A stretch of DNA of 64,000 nt from Octopus vulgaris (taxonomy: Eukaryota), in assembly GCA_951406725.2 (NCBI GenBank), contig OX597821.1, positions 48,298,001 through 48,362,000 of the forward strand, read 5' to 3'. The notes under the pieces are model-generated. The model worked only from the letters and a program-made list of their open reading frames with translations, did not search any database and was not told where the DNA came from. Below, in pieces: positions 25,861-37,789 of the stretch. How positions within the stretch are numbered: position 1 is the first letter of the stretch; each line of letters starts with the position of its first letter. The translations under genes were made by a program, and so were the position numbers.

Positions 25861-26070
25861 TGCAACATACTCCAACCTAAGAAACGGACTTACACAATTT
25901 CCAAGCATCCAACAATGATGTTCCTACACTATACAGGTTATGCAAAGACCACAAACACTACATAAACCCTGTCATGAGGCCCCCAACCCGACCAGATTGT
26001 AGAGCAAATATCTCCAGCAATTATAGACTGTCCTACTTCCTCTCACAGGTATAACGACCTCTCATAGAAA
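25860..26070 (+). mobile_element. Inverted 5' piece of a PLE RT (early motifs)
   Basis: Reads VPTLY-GYAK-HK...GPPTRPDCRANISSNYRLSYFLS, the PLE P.LY...K.HK...RP motif, in the opposite orientation to 24270-25860. Confidence 0.65.
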
Positions 26071-26844
26071 TCTTATATGTAACAACGATATTTAACAGGT
26101 TTATATTTTCATAAAGACATAAATTAGCACCCTGTCCTTAAAAGTGACATAACATGGTTTTTTTTTTTTTTGGCTGACTTGTTTGCTAGTGAAATTGATT
26201 TCCTCTGTCTTTGATGTAACAAGCCTTCAACTACTGCATCCAAACATATATATATATATATGGAGAGAGAATAGCTCTCCTGTGGGGTCTACACATCCTG
26301 CACATCTTGATGCTATGCCACTTTGACCAAGTATTTTAAATAATTTATATTTACAACACATCTTATCTTCTTGAAAATGCAGACAAGATATTTTGAGCTG
26401 TATTAGAAAATAGATTCCCATCTTAAAATGTCAACTAGATATTTTAGATAATTTACTTAAGATGGTGTCCTGGTATTTTAATCTGTTAAATTATAAGACA
26501 ACTTGTCTCCTAATAAAGATATCACGTCTAAGGTTAGAAATGGTAATTGAAACACTGGTCTGGTTAGATAAATCCATATTGTTAGTCCAAGCAGACAACA
26601 ACAACAACAACAGCAATGACAATAGCAGGAACTACTTATTAAGTGTGTAAGAAAGCATCAATTTTAGTGGAACTAAAATGGTTGTAAACTCCTGGTTGCA
26701 ATCAGTTCCAGAAATATTCTATCATTAAATTATAGACAACCATCTTGTACAGAGAAGATTTTGGCTTCACAGCTAAAAATGTGAAAGATTAATTTTGTTT
26801 TTCTTCCTCTATAATTTGATTTTTGTCCTAGATGTATTATATAT

Positions 26845-27250
26845 AGGCACAGGTGTGGCTATGTGGTAAGAAGCTTGCTTCCCAACCACATGGTTCCAGG
26901 TTCAGTTCCAGTGCATGGCGCCTTGGGCAAGTGACTTCTACTTTATCCTCAGCCCAACCAAAACCTTGTGAATGAATTTGGTAGACAGAAACTGAAAGAA
27001 ACCTGTTGTGTACATATATATATATATGTATATATATATTTGTGTGTTTGTGTCTGTTTTTGTCCTTCTACCATCGCTTGACAACCGATTTTGCTGTGTT
27101 TACATCCTTGTAACTTAGTGGTTCGGCAAAAGGGACCAATAGAATAAGTACCAGGCTTACAAAGAATAAGTACAGGGGTCGATTTCTTTGACTAAAAGGT
27201 GGTGCTCTGGCATGCCCACAGTCAAAATGACTGAAACAAGTAAAAGAATA
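26845..27250 (+). mobile_element. SINE family A, full length with internal (TA)/(TG) tract
   Basis: tRNA-like head GGCACAGGTGTGGCTATGTGGTAAGAAGCTTGC..GGTTCAG and 3' end AATGACTGAAACAAGTAAAAGA. Confidence 0.9.
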
Positions 27251-27409
27251 TGTGTGTATGCATATCAAGTATATAAGGATATGATGGCCGTCCACTCATT
27301 CCTGAGGAAGACCATTAGGAAGACCATTAGGAATATTATGTGCTCTAGGACTAACTTATATTTTGCTGATCATCTCGATTTCCAGACTGTCCGACACTAT
27401 TACGGTGAC

Positions 27410-29270
27410 GTCTGCATCCTAGATCACTCTCAATGCACCTTGAAATATCTAACTTTCTTAGTAATGGCTTCAGAGCCAGCATATACAGCAGGGAAGAGAG
27501 TGGGTATCTTTTGACAGACTGAACGAGCGATGCTAACCGATTTCGATAGGTGGCTGTTTACTTTGACCACAGAACAGATGTCACTGTACATTGCAGTGAT
27601 CCAGCCTCTAAAAACAAGACTGAAACCGGCTGCCTCCAAGCACTGATGGACAGCCTCCAGATATTGATGGTCAACCCTGTCAAAAGCTTTCGATTGATCC
27701 AAATTGATCAGGGCCCCACCCATGTCAGGTTCCTTCACTACGCTTTATATGATGTAACGCATGAGGTGGAGGTTGTCCAGAGTAGATCTTTTCGGAATTG
27801 CGCATGTCTGTGCATCACCGACCGGTTTATAGATGACAAGCGCCAACCTCTTGCTGACACTTTGGCCAAAATATTATAATCTGCATTCAGCAGAGTTATG
27901 GGCCTAAAATTATCTAATTGGTCCCCATTGTTCGAGTCCTTTCTCAGCAGCACCATGGTACCACAGATCACAGCACTGAGTATTCTCCCATTTTGCTACC
28001 AGTTGTGGTAGACATCTCCCAAGAGATCTCCGAACAAGTCTAGCATATGAAGTTAAAGCTCAAAGGTCAGACCATTCAGCCCCAGAGACTTTTCCCTTGT
28101 GTAGCTCGTCCTCATATCCCATATGTCTTTGGCTATTATCAGCATTTCGCAAAACTCCACATGTCTCGAAAAGTTTGGTGAATTGCCACTGAACCTCGGT
28201 ACACATCTGCTTGAATTTATGTAGCATACGCCCATCCCAGCCCATCAAAGACCGAATTGTGGCTTTGTTTCCACACTGCACCTCTTCCACTTGGGCTCGT
28301 CGAATGGCTTCCGTCCTCCCATGTCTTAGAGCATGCATGCTAGCTCTGACAACGCAATCTTTGTGCTTGGCATTGAAGAATTGATCAAGAGCTAATCTCA
28401 CCACCATCATGTTAATCTCAATGCTGCTCCAAAGTGCCTCATCTAGCTTCCGAACTAGCCCTCACTCTATCCTAGATGACTCTAAGGCTATTTCCTTACT
28501 AAATCTTACTGCTTCTACTCTTACAGCCCTTTTCAGGGTTATCCACCAACAGTTGTTGACTATTGCACCCTCCAAATTCTGATGTACTAGCTTGTTAACC
28601 TGGTTTCTGAATGCTTGACAGTCTGGGGAAAATGCGTTCAGCTTCCAGTACTCAAGGCCCTGCTTGTGGATCTTATCCAGGTTAACTGTGCAGACAAATT
28701 TGTGGACTGTGTAGCTGATAACTTTGAACTGTGGACAACATATGCTACTATCTACTGGCCTACAGAATATCCTATCTAAATATGATCTGGAAGACCCAGT
28801 GCTCTTTGCCCATGTCCATTGGTGCATACGGGAAGTTCGGTCGGTACCTGTCAGTCAATTGGAGATGACTGAGCAGGTTTGTAAGGCTTCTGTACCCCAT
28901 CTCTCCTATTGGCTAGCGTCACCCTATCCAGGTATACATCCAAAGTGTCATTCCAATCGCCCACTATAATGAAAGAGCGAGATATCCCAAGGAAAGCCTC
29001 CAAATGTCTGAAGAAATCTGGCTGCCCTGCCCCAGTTGGGGTGCACACAGCAACTTGTCTGAAAGTATCATCTTTGCTGTTGTTCACATCCAGGACCACC
29101 AACTTACTTCCGGGTCCAGGAAGATTGTCTGTACCTCGAGATCCAGGTTTTTCCTAAACAGCACTGCCACCCAACCCCACTTCCAGGATGACTAAGAGAT
29201 ACATAGATCTTGAAATCGTCAAAGATGGGGGCTAGATCACGTGTCAGAAATCCTGGCTGTTACATTCATA
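27410..29270 (-). mobile_element. Tx1/L1-clade LINE ORF2 (APE endonuclease plus RT), decayed
   Basis: IIVGDWND, SYLDRIF, YWKLNA, GLNGLTFE, NFRPITLLNADY and INLDQSKAFDRVDHQYL occur in consecutive frameshifted minus-strand ORFs. Confidence 0.9.
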
Positions 29271-30431
29271 GATAGTGACCTGAGGTGATTGAGCAGGCAA
29301 CTCTGCTTCCAGGGCAACCCCAAGCCACAAACATTTCTACTACCTGCTCTTAAACACCCCATCATAACCGGACAGAATTTAGAGAAGACACAAAGGGGTG
29401 TCTACTTACCACTCAGGTGTCACTGTAACATAGGCACAAGGCCACCAATGTGGAGGAAGGTGTTTGTTGATTAAAGGTTGAAAGCAAAGTTGACATTGGT
29501 AGGATTTGAACTCAAAAATATAAACAGACTGAAGAAGTATCCCAGTGCCTTAAGGTACTTTCAGTAGAAGCCTGTGTTTCAAATATTTCATTTAGATCTT
29601 CAGTGGAAAGTTACTTCTGATTTGTGCTTTCTTCCTTCAGTCCTTCCACCATTTATCCAAGCTCCACAAAAGGTCAAAGGGTGCTGGCCTTTTTCCCTAT
29701 CCTTTACTAAAACATAAAATACTTCAGATTAATTGTTCCTCCTCTAAAACAACCATTTAGACATTTGCCATTACAAAGAATAAAACGAATTGTTTAAAGA
29801 GTCATAAAGCTAAAGCCTGTTAAGAACATTAGTTTGTGTTTTAACAATGAGTCCCAGTTCAACTCATTTTTCTCTAAAACACGGATATAAAACAAACAAA
29901 AAACAACGTTATTTCACTACCTCTTCTCACCTCTCTCATTACTTTATTATTATTACATTATTACGTTATATGTCTGCATGATTATACACACTCTCATACC
30001 TGCTCCTCTTCACCAACACCCTTATTTGATGGACCATTTAACATAGAGACAAATGGTTTGATAAAGCAAAAGAGGACATCAGGGGGCATTTAAATCACAC
30101 CGTCACAATACTGAATGACATTGGTGTTGTTGATGATGGTGGTGGTGGTATAGTAAAAATGAGGATATATCATTGATGATGATCACAACGATGATGATGA
30201 TGATGATGGTGACTGAAGATGGTAATTAAAACAAATATAGTGTTGTAAACAACCCCCAGCATCACAACGACTATATTAGACATCCACATAATCGTTAACA
30301 TCTCTGTCAACAGCATCACCATCGTCACCACCAAAACCAGAAAAGCAAAAACCTAAGAGACAGTCATCTAAACATAATATGTGCATATGTATGTATGTTT
30401 GAAGTATGTATGTAGATGTATGTAAATATGC

Positions 30432-30472
<41 letters not shown>

Positions 30473-30666
30473 CGCACGCATGCACGCACACACAGTGTAT
30501 ACACGCAAATATATGTAAAAGACAGCTATAGTTAATGGTAAAATTCCTCTGCAGAAAATGAGATAAAAATTCTGTCAGAGATTGAACTGCGGCTGTCTTT
30601 ACTAATATTAAATATAATACGACTTAATCTGATGATTATTGCAATGATAACGTTTAATATTTCACT

Positions 30667-30698
<32 letters not shown>

Positions 30699-30939
30699 TA
30701 TTATAAGCTGTTTTAGTAGTTATATGTAGTGTACTCTCACTGCAATCACTCCTGTCAGTGTGTCTTTGAGTGTGTTCAGTGTTGTTGTTGTTGATTTTTC
30801 AGATCTTTATCCTCCTCTGCTAAAAGTATTTCACATGATATATGTGTAGTATCTAATAACACTATTTTCTCTATGCTGTGTCTAAGTCTTGGGCTTTAAA
30901 TGTTTATCCTTCTCTACTTAAAATACATGGCATAATATA

Positions 30940-31212
30940 TCATCATCATCATCATCATCATCATTATTTAGGGTCCGCTTTCCATGCTAGCATGGGTTGG
31001 ACGGTTTAACTGGGGTCTGGGAAGCCAGAAGGCTGCATCAGGCCCACTCTGATCTGGCAGTGTTTCTACGGCTGGATGCCCTTCCTAACGCCAACCACTC
31101 CGTGAGTGTGGTGGGTGCTTTTTACGTGCCACCCGCACAGGTGCCAGACGGGGCTGGCAAATGGCCACGGACGGATGGTGCTTTTTACGTGCCACCGGCA
31201 CGGGGGCCAGGC
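30940..31212 (-). mobile_element. Family C element
   Basis: (CAT)n then CCGCTTTCCATGCTAGCATGGGTTGGACG, with GGTGCTTTTTACGTGCCACC subrepeats. Confidence 0.88.
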
Positions 31213-31689
31213 ATATATATATATATAGTTAAACTGATAGACAGATAGATAGATATGTGCATGTGTATGCATACGTATGCACATATGTGTGTGTGTGTGA
31301 GTGTTAAGCAAAGCTATTATGTCTGTGTTGTGTGTATAGCTTTTTAGTCCTAGGGTTTGCATTCCAGACCATTTATGTTTCCAAACTTCAGTTTCTGCTT
31401 ATCTAATGTGGATAACTTCTTCCTTTCTTAGCAAGATATATTGTTGTCAAATAAGAGACATTTCTTTTACTAATGATTTTTTACAGTATAATATGTGGAT
31501 AATTAGCCTCAATATTTCCCCCTGACAACAACTGTACTGTTTATGGATGGCATCTACCATTACATTAGTGAGTACATACTTTATACAATGCTAGTAGCAA
31601 TGACAAGGATAATTACATTTTGTATTTCATTTACTTAACAACAGTAAAAGGACTTCTTTTTATCTTATTCAGGAAATAATATAGATTTA

Positions 31690-32030
31690 TATACACCAAA
31701 TTGGGCCTATATCTAACCAATGTTGTTACTTATATCAGCCCTACATCAGAAATTTTGTTGTATTGATTTTGGTCCAATCTCATTTTGCAACACGGTGCAA
31801 CAACAGTCCGACATATTTCCTGATGTTGGGCCCATATGAATTTGAGGTTAGGCCGATGTGAGATTTTGGTCTCTTACATCAGGTTGTCATCAGCCCAATG
31901 TCATATTCACATCAAGGTGACATCAGTCCGATATGAAAACAAGGTTGGGCTGATGTATGATTGTTCAACTTGAGAAGCCTCAATATAGGCCTGAGCTGAT
32001 TTTGCCAAATGCCTGATCTGGCTCCAAAAT
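31690..32030. repeat. Array of degenerate ACATCGG(C/G)CCGATGT-type palindromic motifs, probably a DNA-transposon subterminal region
   Basis: Recurrent CATCAGCCC, CATCAGTCCGAT, GGCCGATGT, GGGCTGATGT and GGGCCTATAT in both orientations at roughly 30-bp spacing. Confidence 0.5.
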
Positions 32031-32666
32031 ACATTCAAGGATGGGTTAATTAATGTATTATTAAATATTTATACAGGTTCAACCTCAGCCACATTTCATG
32101 TTCTCCATGGCATTACACCAGATCCCTGGCAGGAATTGCTCTGATTCCAGCCTTACCCACCCAGCTTTGAAAATTAAAATGTAATCATGTTTCAATTTAC
32201 AGGCAATGAGGACCACTCACTACTAAACAGAAACAATATTAAATTTATTTTGAAGATGTAAGTGTATGAGCATTAGTTTACGTGGCATGCGTATGGGAAT
32301 ATCTGAAAAATCATGTAAAAACCGCCAGAAAAAAATTAAAAGATAAACAACTCATTTTTTCTTTGCAAACATCATCTATTTTATAAACTATAACTTCAAA
32401 AAATGGCTATTTACAACATAACAAAAGTTAATCACAACATTTAAAAGTTAATAAAAATGAAGACAAAATATATTGGCCAATATACACTGTAAAATTAAGA
32501 GATTTATTTAATTGGTGTTAAGGTCAACAGCGGTGGCTATTTGTGACAAAGTTCAACAACCATTCATATCTGCAAATAAAGGCCAGTAAATATAGACTAA
32601 CGGTATTCATTTTAAGGTTTGATTTTATGAAATGAAATTTGGGAGATTCTTAAAAATATACATATA

Positions 32667-33750
32667 CAGGATGCGTAAGGTATTTGAAAACATACCTTTA
32701 TTGGGGTCATTGCTGCATTTTTTGCTAACTCTGTATAATCTTTGCTTCAGAAAATAATAATGGCAGACCCCTAGCTTACTCAAGAAATGAAGAGGCATGC
32801 TCTTACTGTGGTTATAAAGACTTAGCATAGCGATTTAGAAATATCTCGATTTTTAAAAGTTGTTAGATCTTTTGTCTATAAAGTTTGTAAGGAGTTAGAG
32901 ACTGAATATGGAAATATATCACCAGTATCAAAGCATAAAAAGCATTCTAAATGCTCTAAAATCATCAGAACACTTGAATTTATCTTGCAAGTTCAACAGA
33001 CCATTGATTAAAATCCCAGAAAGTTCATGAGGTCAATTGCAAAAGATCTCCTTGTATCAGAAGGAACAGTCAGAAATGTTGTCCACGAAGACATCAGATA
33101 TAAGTCTTATGTGATGAGGAAAGGTTAATTTGTCAGAAAAAGCAAAAGAAAATTACTACATCAGATCTAAAAGGTTCTTAAACAAACTGAAAAATCCAGC
33201 AGAAGGTTTGATTTGATCCAGCAGAAGATCAAAATGTTAACAGAACAAATGACAGATGGTTATGAGCAGACCCTTCTGAACTTCCAAGTGTTATGCATAA
33301 AACATTTCCTACAACTATCATGGTTTTAGGGGTTGTCAGCAATGAAGGACATGTGATGCTCCTTACTTCTTTCCACAAGGCCTTAGAGTTAACTCTGCCA
33401 CCTACATTGAGGTCGTGGAAACAATTGTTAAACTGTGGATAGGCAGTATATGCAATGAAAGGCCATATGTGTTTCAGTAAGACTCTGCACTATCAGACAT
33501 GGCTCTAGTAAACACAGGAATGGATGGCTGAAAATTTTCATGATCACATAACCTCTAACATTTGGCCTCCTATTTCAATCCATTGGACTATTACATGTGG
33601 AGCCTTGTTGAGAGAGAGGTCAGTGAACACACCCATAATACAAAAGATTCTTTGAAAGCTGTCATAGTCAGAGTAATGTCCAAAATGAACCAGGACCACT
33701 TGATTTAGATCTCCTATAGAAGCAGTTGTTGAAGCTGAAGGTGGCTGAAT
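32667..33750 (+). mobile_element. Decayed maT/DD37D-like Tc1/mariner transposon
   Basis: TA-CAGGATGCG start and MAD..LTQEMKRHA N-terminus. It also reads VHEDIRYKSY, MVLGVVSNEGHVM and WPP..NPLDYYMWSLVERE, with many stops. Confidence 0.82.
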
Positions 33751-34035
33751 GTTGAGTTACAATATCTTACATGGAAATGTTGGACAGCTAATATTTCGCT
33801 GTCATCATACTTCAGGCAGTAAATAGTGTTTTAGAATTTGCATATAAATTTAACATGTCTAAATATAACAGTATTTTAAGATTTTACTCAACAGCATTTA
33901 GAGATAGTTGTAACTGATAATGGCATTGACAGATTCATTACTTAAGAAGATTTTGTGTCTACAGCAAAAGAATTTTAAATAAGAAATCATCATTGTCCTC
34001 ACCATCATTTAATTTCCCCATATTATATATATATA

Positions 34036-34220
34036 TCTGTAAATAATATCTTATAAGCTTATAAGTGATCACTGTGTATTGACTAAAGAAAATAGTCTAA
34101 TACTGGAACCCTTGAATCCCTTGAAGGTAAAATGGGACTTTTTTCTGTTCAGGGTTTATATGCCCCAATATTAAAGTATTTTCTTAAGTCAATACACAAA
34201 ATATTATTATTATTTACAGA
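34036..34220. repeat. Fold-back (inverted repeat) adjoining (TA)n
   Basis: TCTGTAAATAAT / ATTATTTACAGA and TGTGTATTGACTAAAGAAAATAG / TATTTTCTTAAGTCAATACACA. Confidence 0.8.
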
Positions 34221-34229
34221 ATTTTATGG

Positions 34230-34366
34230 AATAGTAGTGTTAGTAAAAGTAGAGTACTACTTATAATTAAGGAGTTTAAAGAAGGAGGGGTTATATAATA
34301 AACTATATAAACCCTTCTTAACTCCTCAATGATAAGTAGTACTCCACCTTTACTAACACTACTATT
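34230..34366. repeat. Fold-back with ~55-bp arms
   Basis: AATAGTAGTGTTAGTAAAAGTAGAGTACTACTTAT / ATAAGTAGTACTCCACCTTTACTAACACTACTATT. Confidence 0.88.
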
Positions 34367-34993
34367 GTATAAAAGTTAGAATTTAATATTCGATTGCCTT
34401 TGTACTCTCCCCCAACTTTCAACCAATATCCACAGAATACTCCTAAATTCTGAGTATTTCTGTCACCCTCCCTTAGTCCTTTAGCATTAGCTAGCAAATC
34501 CTAATCTTTGACCCTATGCCTAACTGGCTTGTATGCTATTATTTTTCTTTACCCTTACTTTTGCTTTATTTTTTCTTTCTTTAACCCTAATTTATATTAG
34601 TACCTCTTCTTACTTCCCACTAACCTAAGCCTACTATAATAAGATATCACCTACATCCCACTCTAGTCTACCTAAGAACCAGTCTAGCAGACTCTTATGT
34701 CACTCGGGTTGCTGACCTTTGATAACATATTACACACTTTCAAGAACTATATTCTTAGCATCAATGGCCAAATTTGTTGATCATTCTCCCATTTCATAGA
34801 TGGTCTGGACAGACTTCAGCCACATCCCAGCTGTAATCTTGGGATATTCTTTTGTTTGTAAAACTACTTTTCTGATGAATACGGTTTTTTGTAATGGAGT
34901 AATGTTCTCATTCTTCTATTAAAAATGATATGTAAGAAACAGCAGTAATGAGCTGACAATTATCCATTGTATATTATTATTCATTTGTGTATA

Positions 34994-35040
<47 letters not shown>

Positions 35041-35041
<1 letters not shown>

Positions 35042-35697
35042 CAAAATTTAGAGGACTAACCACTAAAAGTGGACAGCCTATATGCTAGATATAGACATCA
35101 AATCACCATTTCCCATGAAGAATGTGTTCTTAAGAAAAAACTCAGCAAAAAACCAAAAGTGTAAAAATAAGCAAGACAAATGAAAATATACGAAATAAAA
35201 AATGATTACCTATGTACTAATTAGTTTCACTTGTTAATATTTACGTATATGGAAACGTAAACATCTGCAAGATCATCAGCATAGTCTGTCATTTACAAAA
35301 CACAATTTCCAGAACTAGATACAGAACGCTCAACCGAAATCCAGCATCTATAAAGTTCTACAAATTATATTTATGTGTATCCTTTCAAATGCCCTCACTT
35401 TGGTGTGCTGAGATCAGAAATTACTCTGCAGTTAATAAACTACAGCAGTCAATTTACCGGCTAGAGAACATTTTTTTATTTAAAATTAAATAAGGGTAGA
35501 AAGTGATATTAATCAATTAAAACCAGTGGCCTAGCATATTGTTGATATTTACGTATATGGACACATAAACATCTTTTAGTGGTCAGTCCTCTAAATTTTG
35601 TATGTAAAAAAATTTTTATCTTCGATTTTTTAAAATTATGCTAGGCCACTGGTTTTAATTGATTGATATAAATTTCTACCCTTATTTAATTTTATAT
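35041..35697. mobile_element. PLE-terminus-like element between (TA)n tracts with interleaved inverted repeats
   Basis: Arm A is 35041-35069 and A' is 35574-35602. Arm B is 35481-35538 and B' is 35637-35695. An internal direct repeat ATATTTACGTATATGGA and a hammerhead are present. Confidence 0.75.
35210..35284 (-). ncRNA. Type I hammerhead ribozyme
   Basis: Minus strand: CUAUG-CUGAUGA-U-CUUG..(AUGUUUACGU/ACGUAAAUAU)..CAAG-U-GAAA-CUAAUUAG-U-A-CAUAG. Stem I is a perfect 5 bp, stem III is the palindrome ACUAAUUAGU, and the cleavage triplet is GUA. Confidence 0.8.
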
Positions 35698-35710
35698 ATA
35701 TATATATATA

Positions 35711-36131
35711 TTAAGTAGATAATTTTAAAAATATATATATAATTAAGGGCGCTGGAATGCCAGTGCTATATGCTAGAAGTAGAAGTCAAATACCAACAAT
35801 CCACTCTAAATTTGTTCTCTATTTATAATCCAAGGTTGAATGCAAGGTAATGAGCAAGAGCATTTACAAAATTTCAGATAATCCCATATCTTAAGATTTC
35901 ATGCTCTGTAATAAAGATTACTTTACTCTCTTCAGGGAATGAAATCTTAAGTTATAGGATTATCCGAAGTTTTGTAATACTTCTTGCTCATTACCTTGCA
36001 TTCAACCTTGGATTATAAATAGAGAACAAATTTAGGGCAGATTGTAGGTATTTGACATCTACTTCTAGCATATAAGCACTGGCATTCCAGTGTCCTTAAT
36101 TATGATGGGTTTTTTTATAATTATATACTTA
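35711..36131. mobile_element. Fold-back element with ~160-bp arms and a hammerhead-like loop
   Basis: Arms 35740-35902 and 35939-36102 are reverse complementary. The minus strand across the loop reads UCC-CUGAAGA..GAAA-UCUUAAGA-U-A-UGGGA. Confidence 0.85.
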
Positions 36132-36194
36132 AAAATTAATTTTACTAATATGGTTGTTTTTTTATACGCTAGCCACTGATATAATCATTTTAAT

Positions 36195-37763
36195 GGTTGT
36201 TTCCTCAATTTATATGCAGGTTAATTATTACTCAATAAAATCAAAACCCCTTGTCTAATTTTCTTGGAGTATGTTGGAGTATATATCTCATGTCTCATGT
36301 ACTTTTCATCGAAATTGGTGTACATTTAAAGTGGAAATGAAGAAAACACGTTTATAGGGTGTTTCTTTTTATTATGCAAGTTAACAAGATACTGCTTTCC
36401 CCCATTTGATATGTAATTTTGAAATATTTTTTCTTAATTTCAGATACAGGAAATGTAGAAATGGGTCAAAATAAAGATATAACATCAAAGGAGAAGAAAG
36501 AAATAGTGGAGAAGGGGATACAACAACTGTAATTTCTAAAAAGGTAAACAGATATCACAGAACAAAAAAAAAAATAGGTACAAAACATTGAAAGAGTAAG
36601 AATAAGGAAGGAAACAGGTTTCAAGAACATCACAAATAGAGATAAGAGGAAACTCAAAAGAATTATGTACAAGAAAAGTGGGTTAACCAGCAAGCAAGCA
36701 AATCTTTGAAGAAGCAGGAAAAAACGTTGCACAATACTAAATAGGCAAAGTCATAAACTTCACAAGATTGCCTCCTTTAAATAAAGTACACAAAGAAAAA
36801 AGAGTGACGTGGGCAAAAAGATGTATGAAGACAGACTTTACAAATGTAATTTTTACTGACGAGTCCAGGGCAACATTAGATGGACCTGGTGGATGGGCAA
36901 GAGGCTGGGTGTTACAAGGAAAAAGTCAACCAACATGATTAAGAAGACAGCAGGGTGGTGGAGGAATCATGTTTTGGGCTGGTATAGTTGGAGGAGACAT
37001 TATAGGTCCATTTAAGGTTGCTGATGGAGTCGAAATAAATGCTGAAAAATATTGCAAGTTTTTAGATGACAACTTCTTCCATTGGTACAAGTCAACATCG
37101 CAAAGTTTCAAGTTAAAGAGTATATTTATGCATGATAATACCCCTTAACACTCTGCCAAACTCACTATTAACCATTTAGCTAAGAAAGGTTTCAAAGAGT
37201 ATAAGAAAATAGAGTGACCCTTCACCAAAATTCCGATCTAAATCCAATAGAGAATTGGTGATCAATTATTAAAAAATATGTATATTCTAATGGTAAACAA
37301 TATCCAAACAAGGATTTACTATGGGAAACAATAAAAACTGCTGCAAGTTTTAAAAATGAGGTTGTTGAGAAATGGACAAAATCAGTTGATGAGAGAATAT
37401 TTAAAGTTATAGATGGTTAAGGAGGCTATATAAAGATGTAAAATGTATACATAATTGTTTGTAAATATAATTATATGGTGGAAGATATATGTATATATTA
37501 ATGGTCTGGTTATGTATTGTTGTATATGTAAATCACATTACATGTAGTTTATATAATATTTTGTTTACTTGCATAATAAAAAGAAATACCCTCTAAATGT
37601 GTTTTTCTTCCTTTCTGCTTTAAATGTACACCAATTTAGATGAAAAGTACATGAGACATGGGATACATAATCCTACATATACTGTAAAAATTTCAAGAAA
37701 ATCAAACATGGGGTTTTGATTTTATTGAGGAATGATTAACCTGCATAATAAAAGGAAACAGTG
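36195..37763 (+). mobile_element. Near full-length Tc1-like transposon with ~200-bp TIRs and DD37E-like spacing, decayed
   Basis: Inverted repeats at about 36195-36388 and 37560-37763. The ORF starts at ATG 36461 (MGQNKDITSKEK) and reads FTDESRATLDGPGGW, RRQQGGGGIMFWAGI, FMHDN and DLNPIEN, with about 37 residues between the second D and E after frameshift repair. Confidence 0.88.
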
Positions 37764-37789
37764 TGTGTGTGTATAAATTATTTTAGATT

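Noticed and set aside
26275-26398. Possible minus-strand host exon (LKISCLHFQEDKMCCKYK...)
   Set aside because: An acceptor-like AG is present, but the donor position reads GA rather than GT and no protein family is recognisable.
32076-32257. Two small AG...GT exon-like segments on the + strand
   Set aside because: Splice-like motifs are common in AT-rich DNA. There is no recognisable peptide and no supporting exon chain.
33771-33860. Minus-strand exon-like segment ending in GTAAGA
   Set aside because: All three reading frames contain stop codons.
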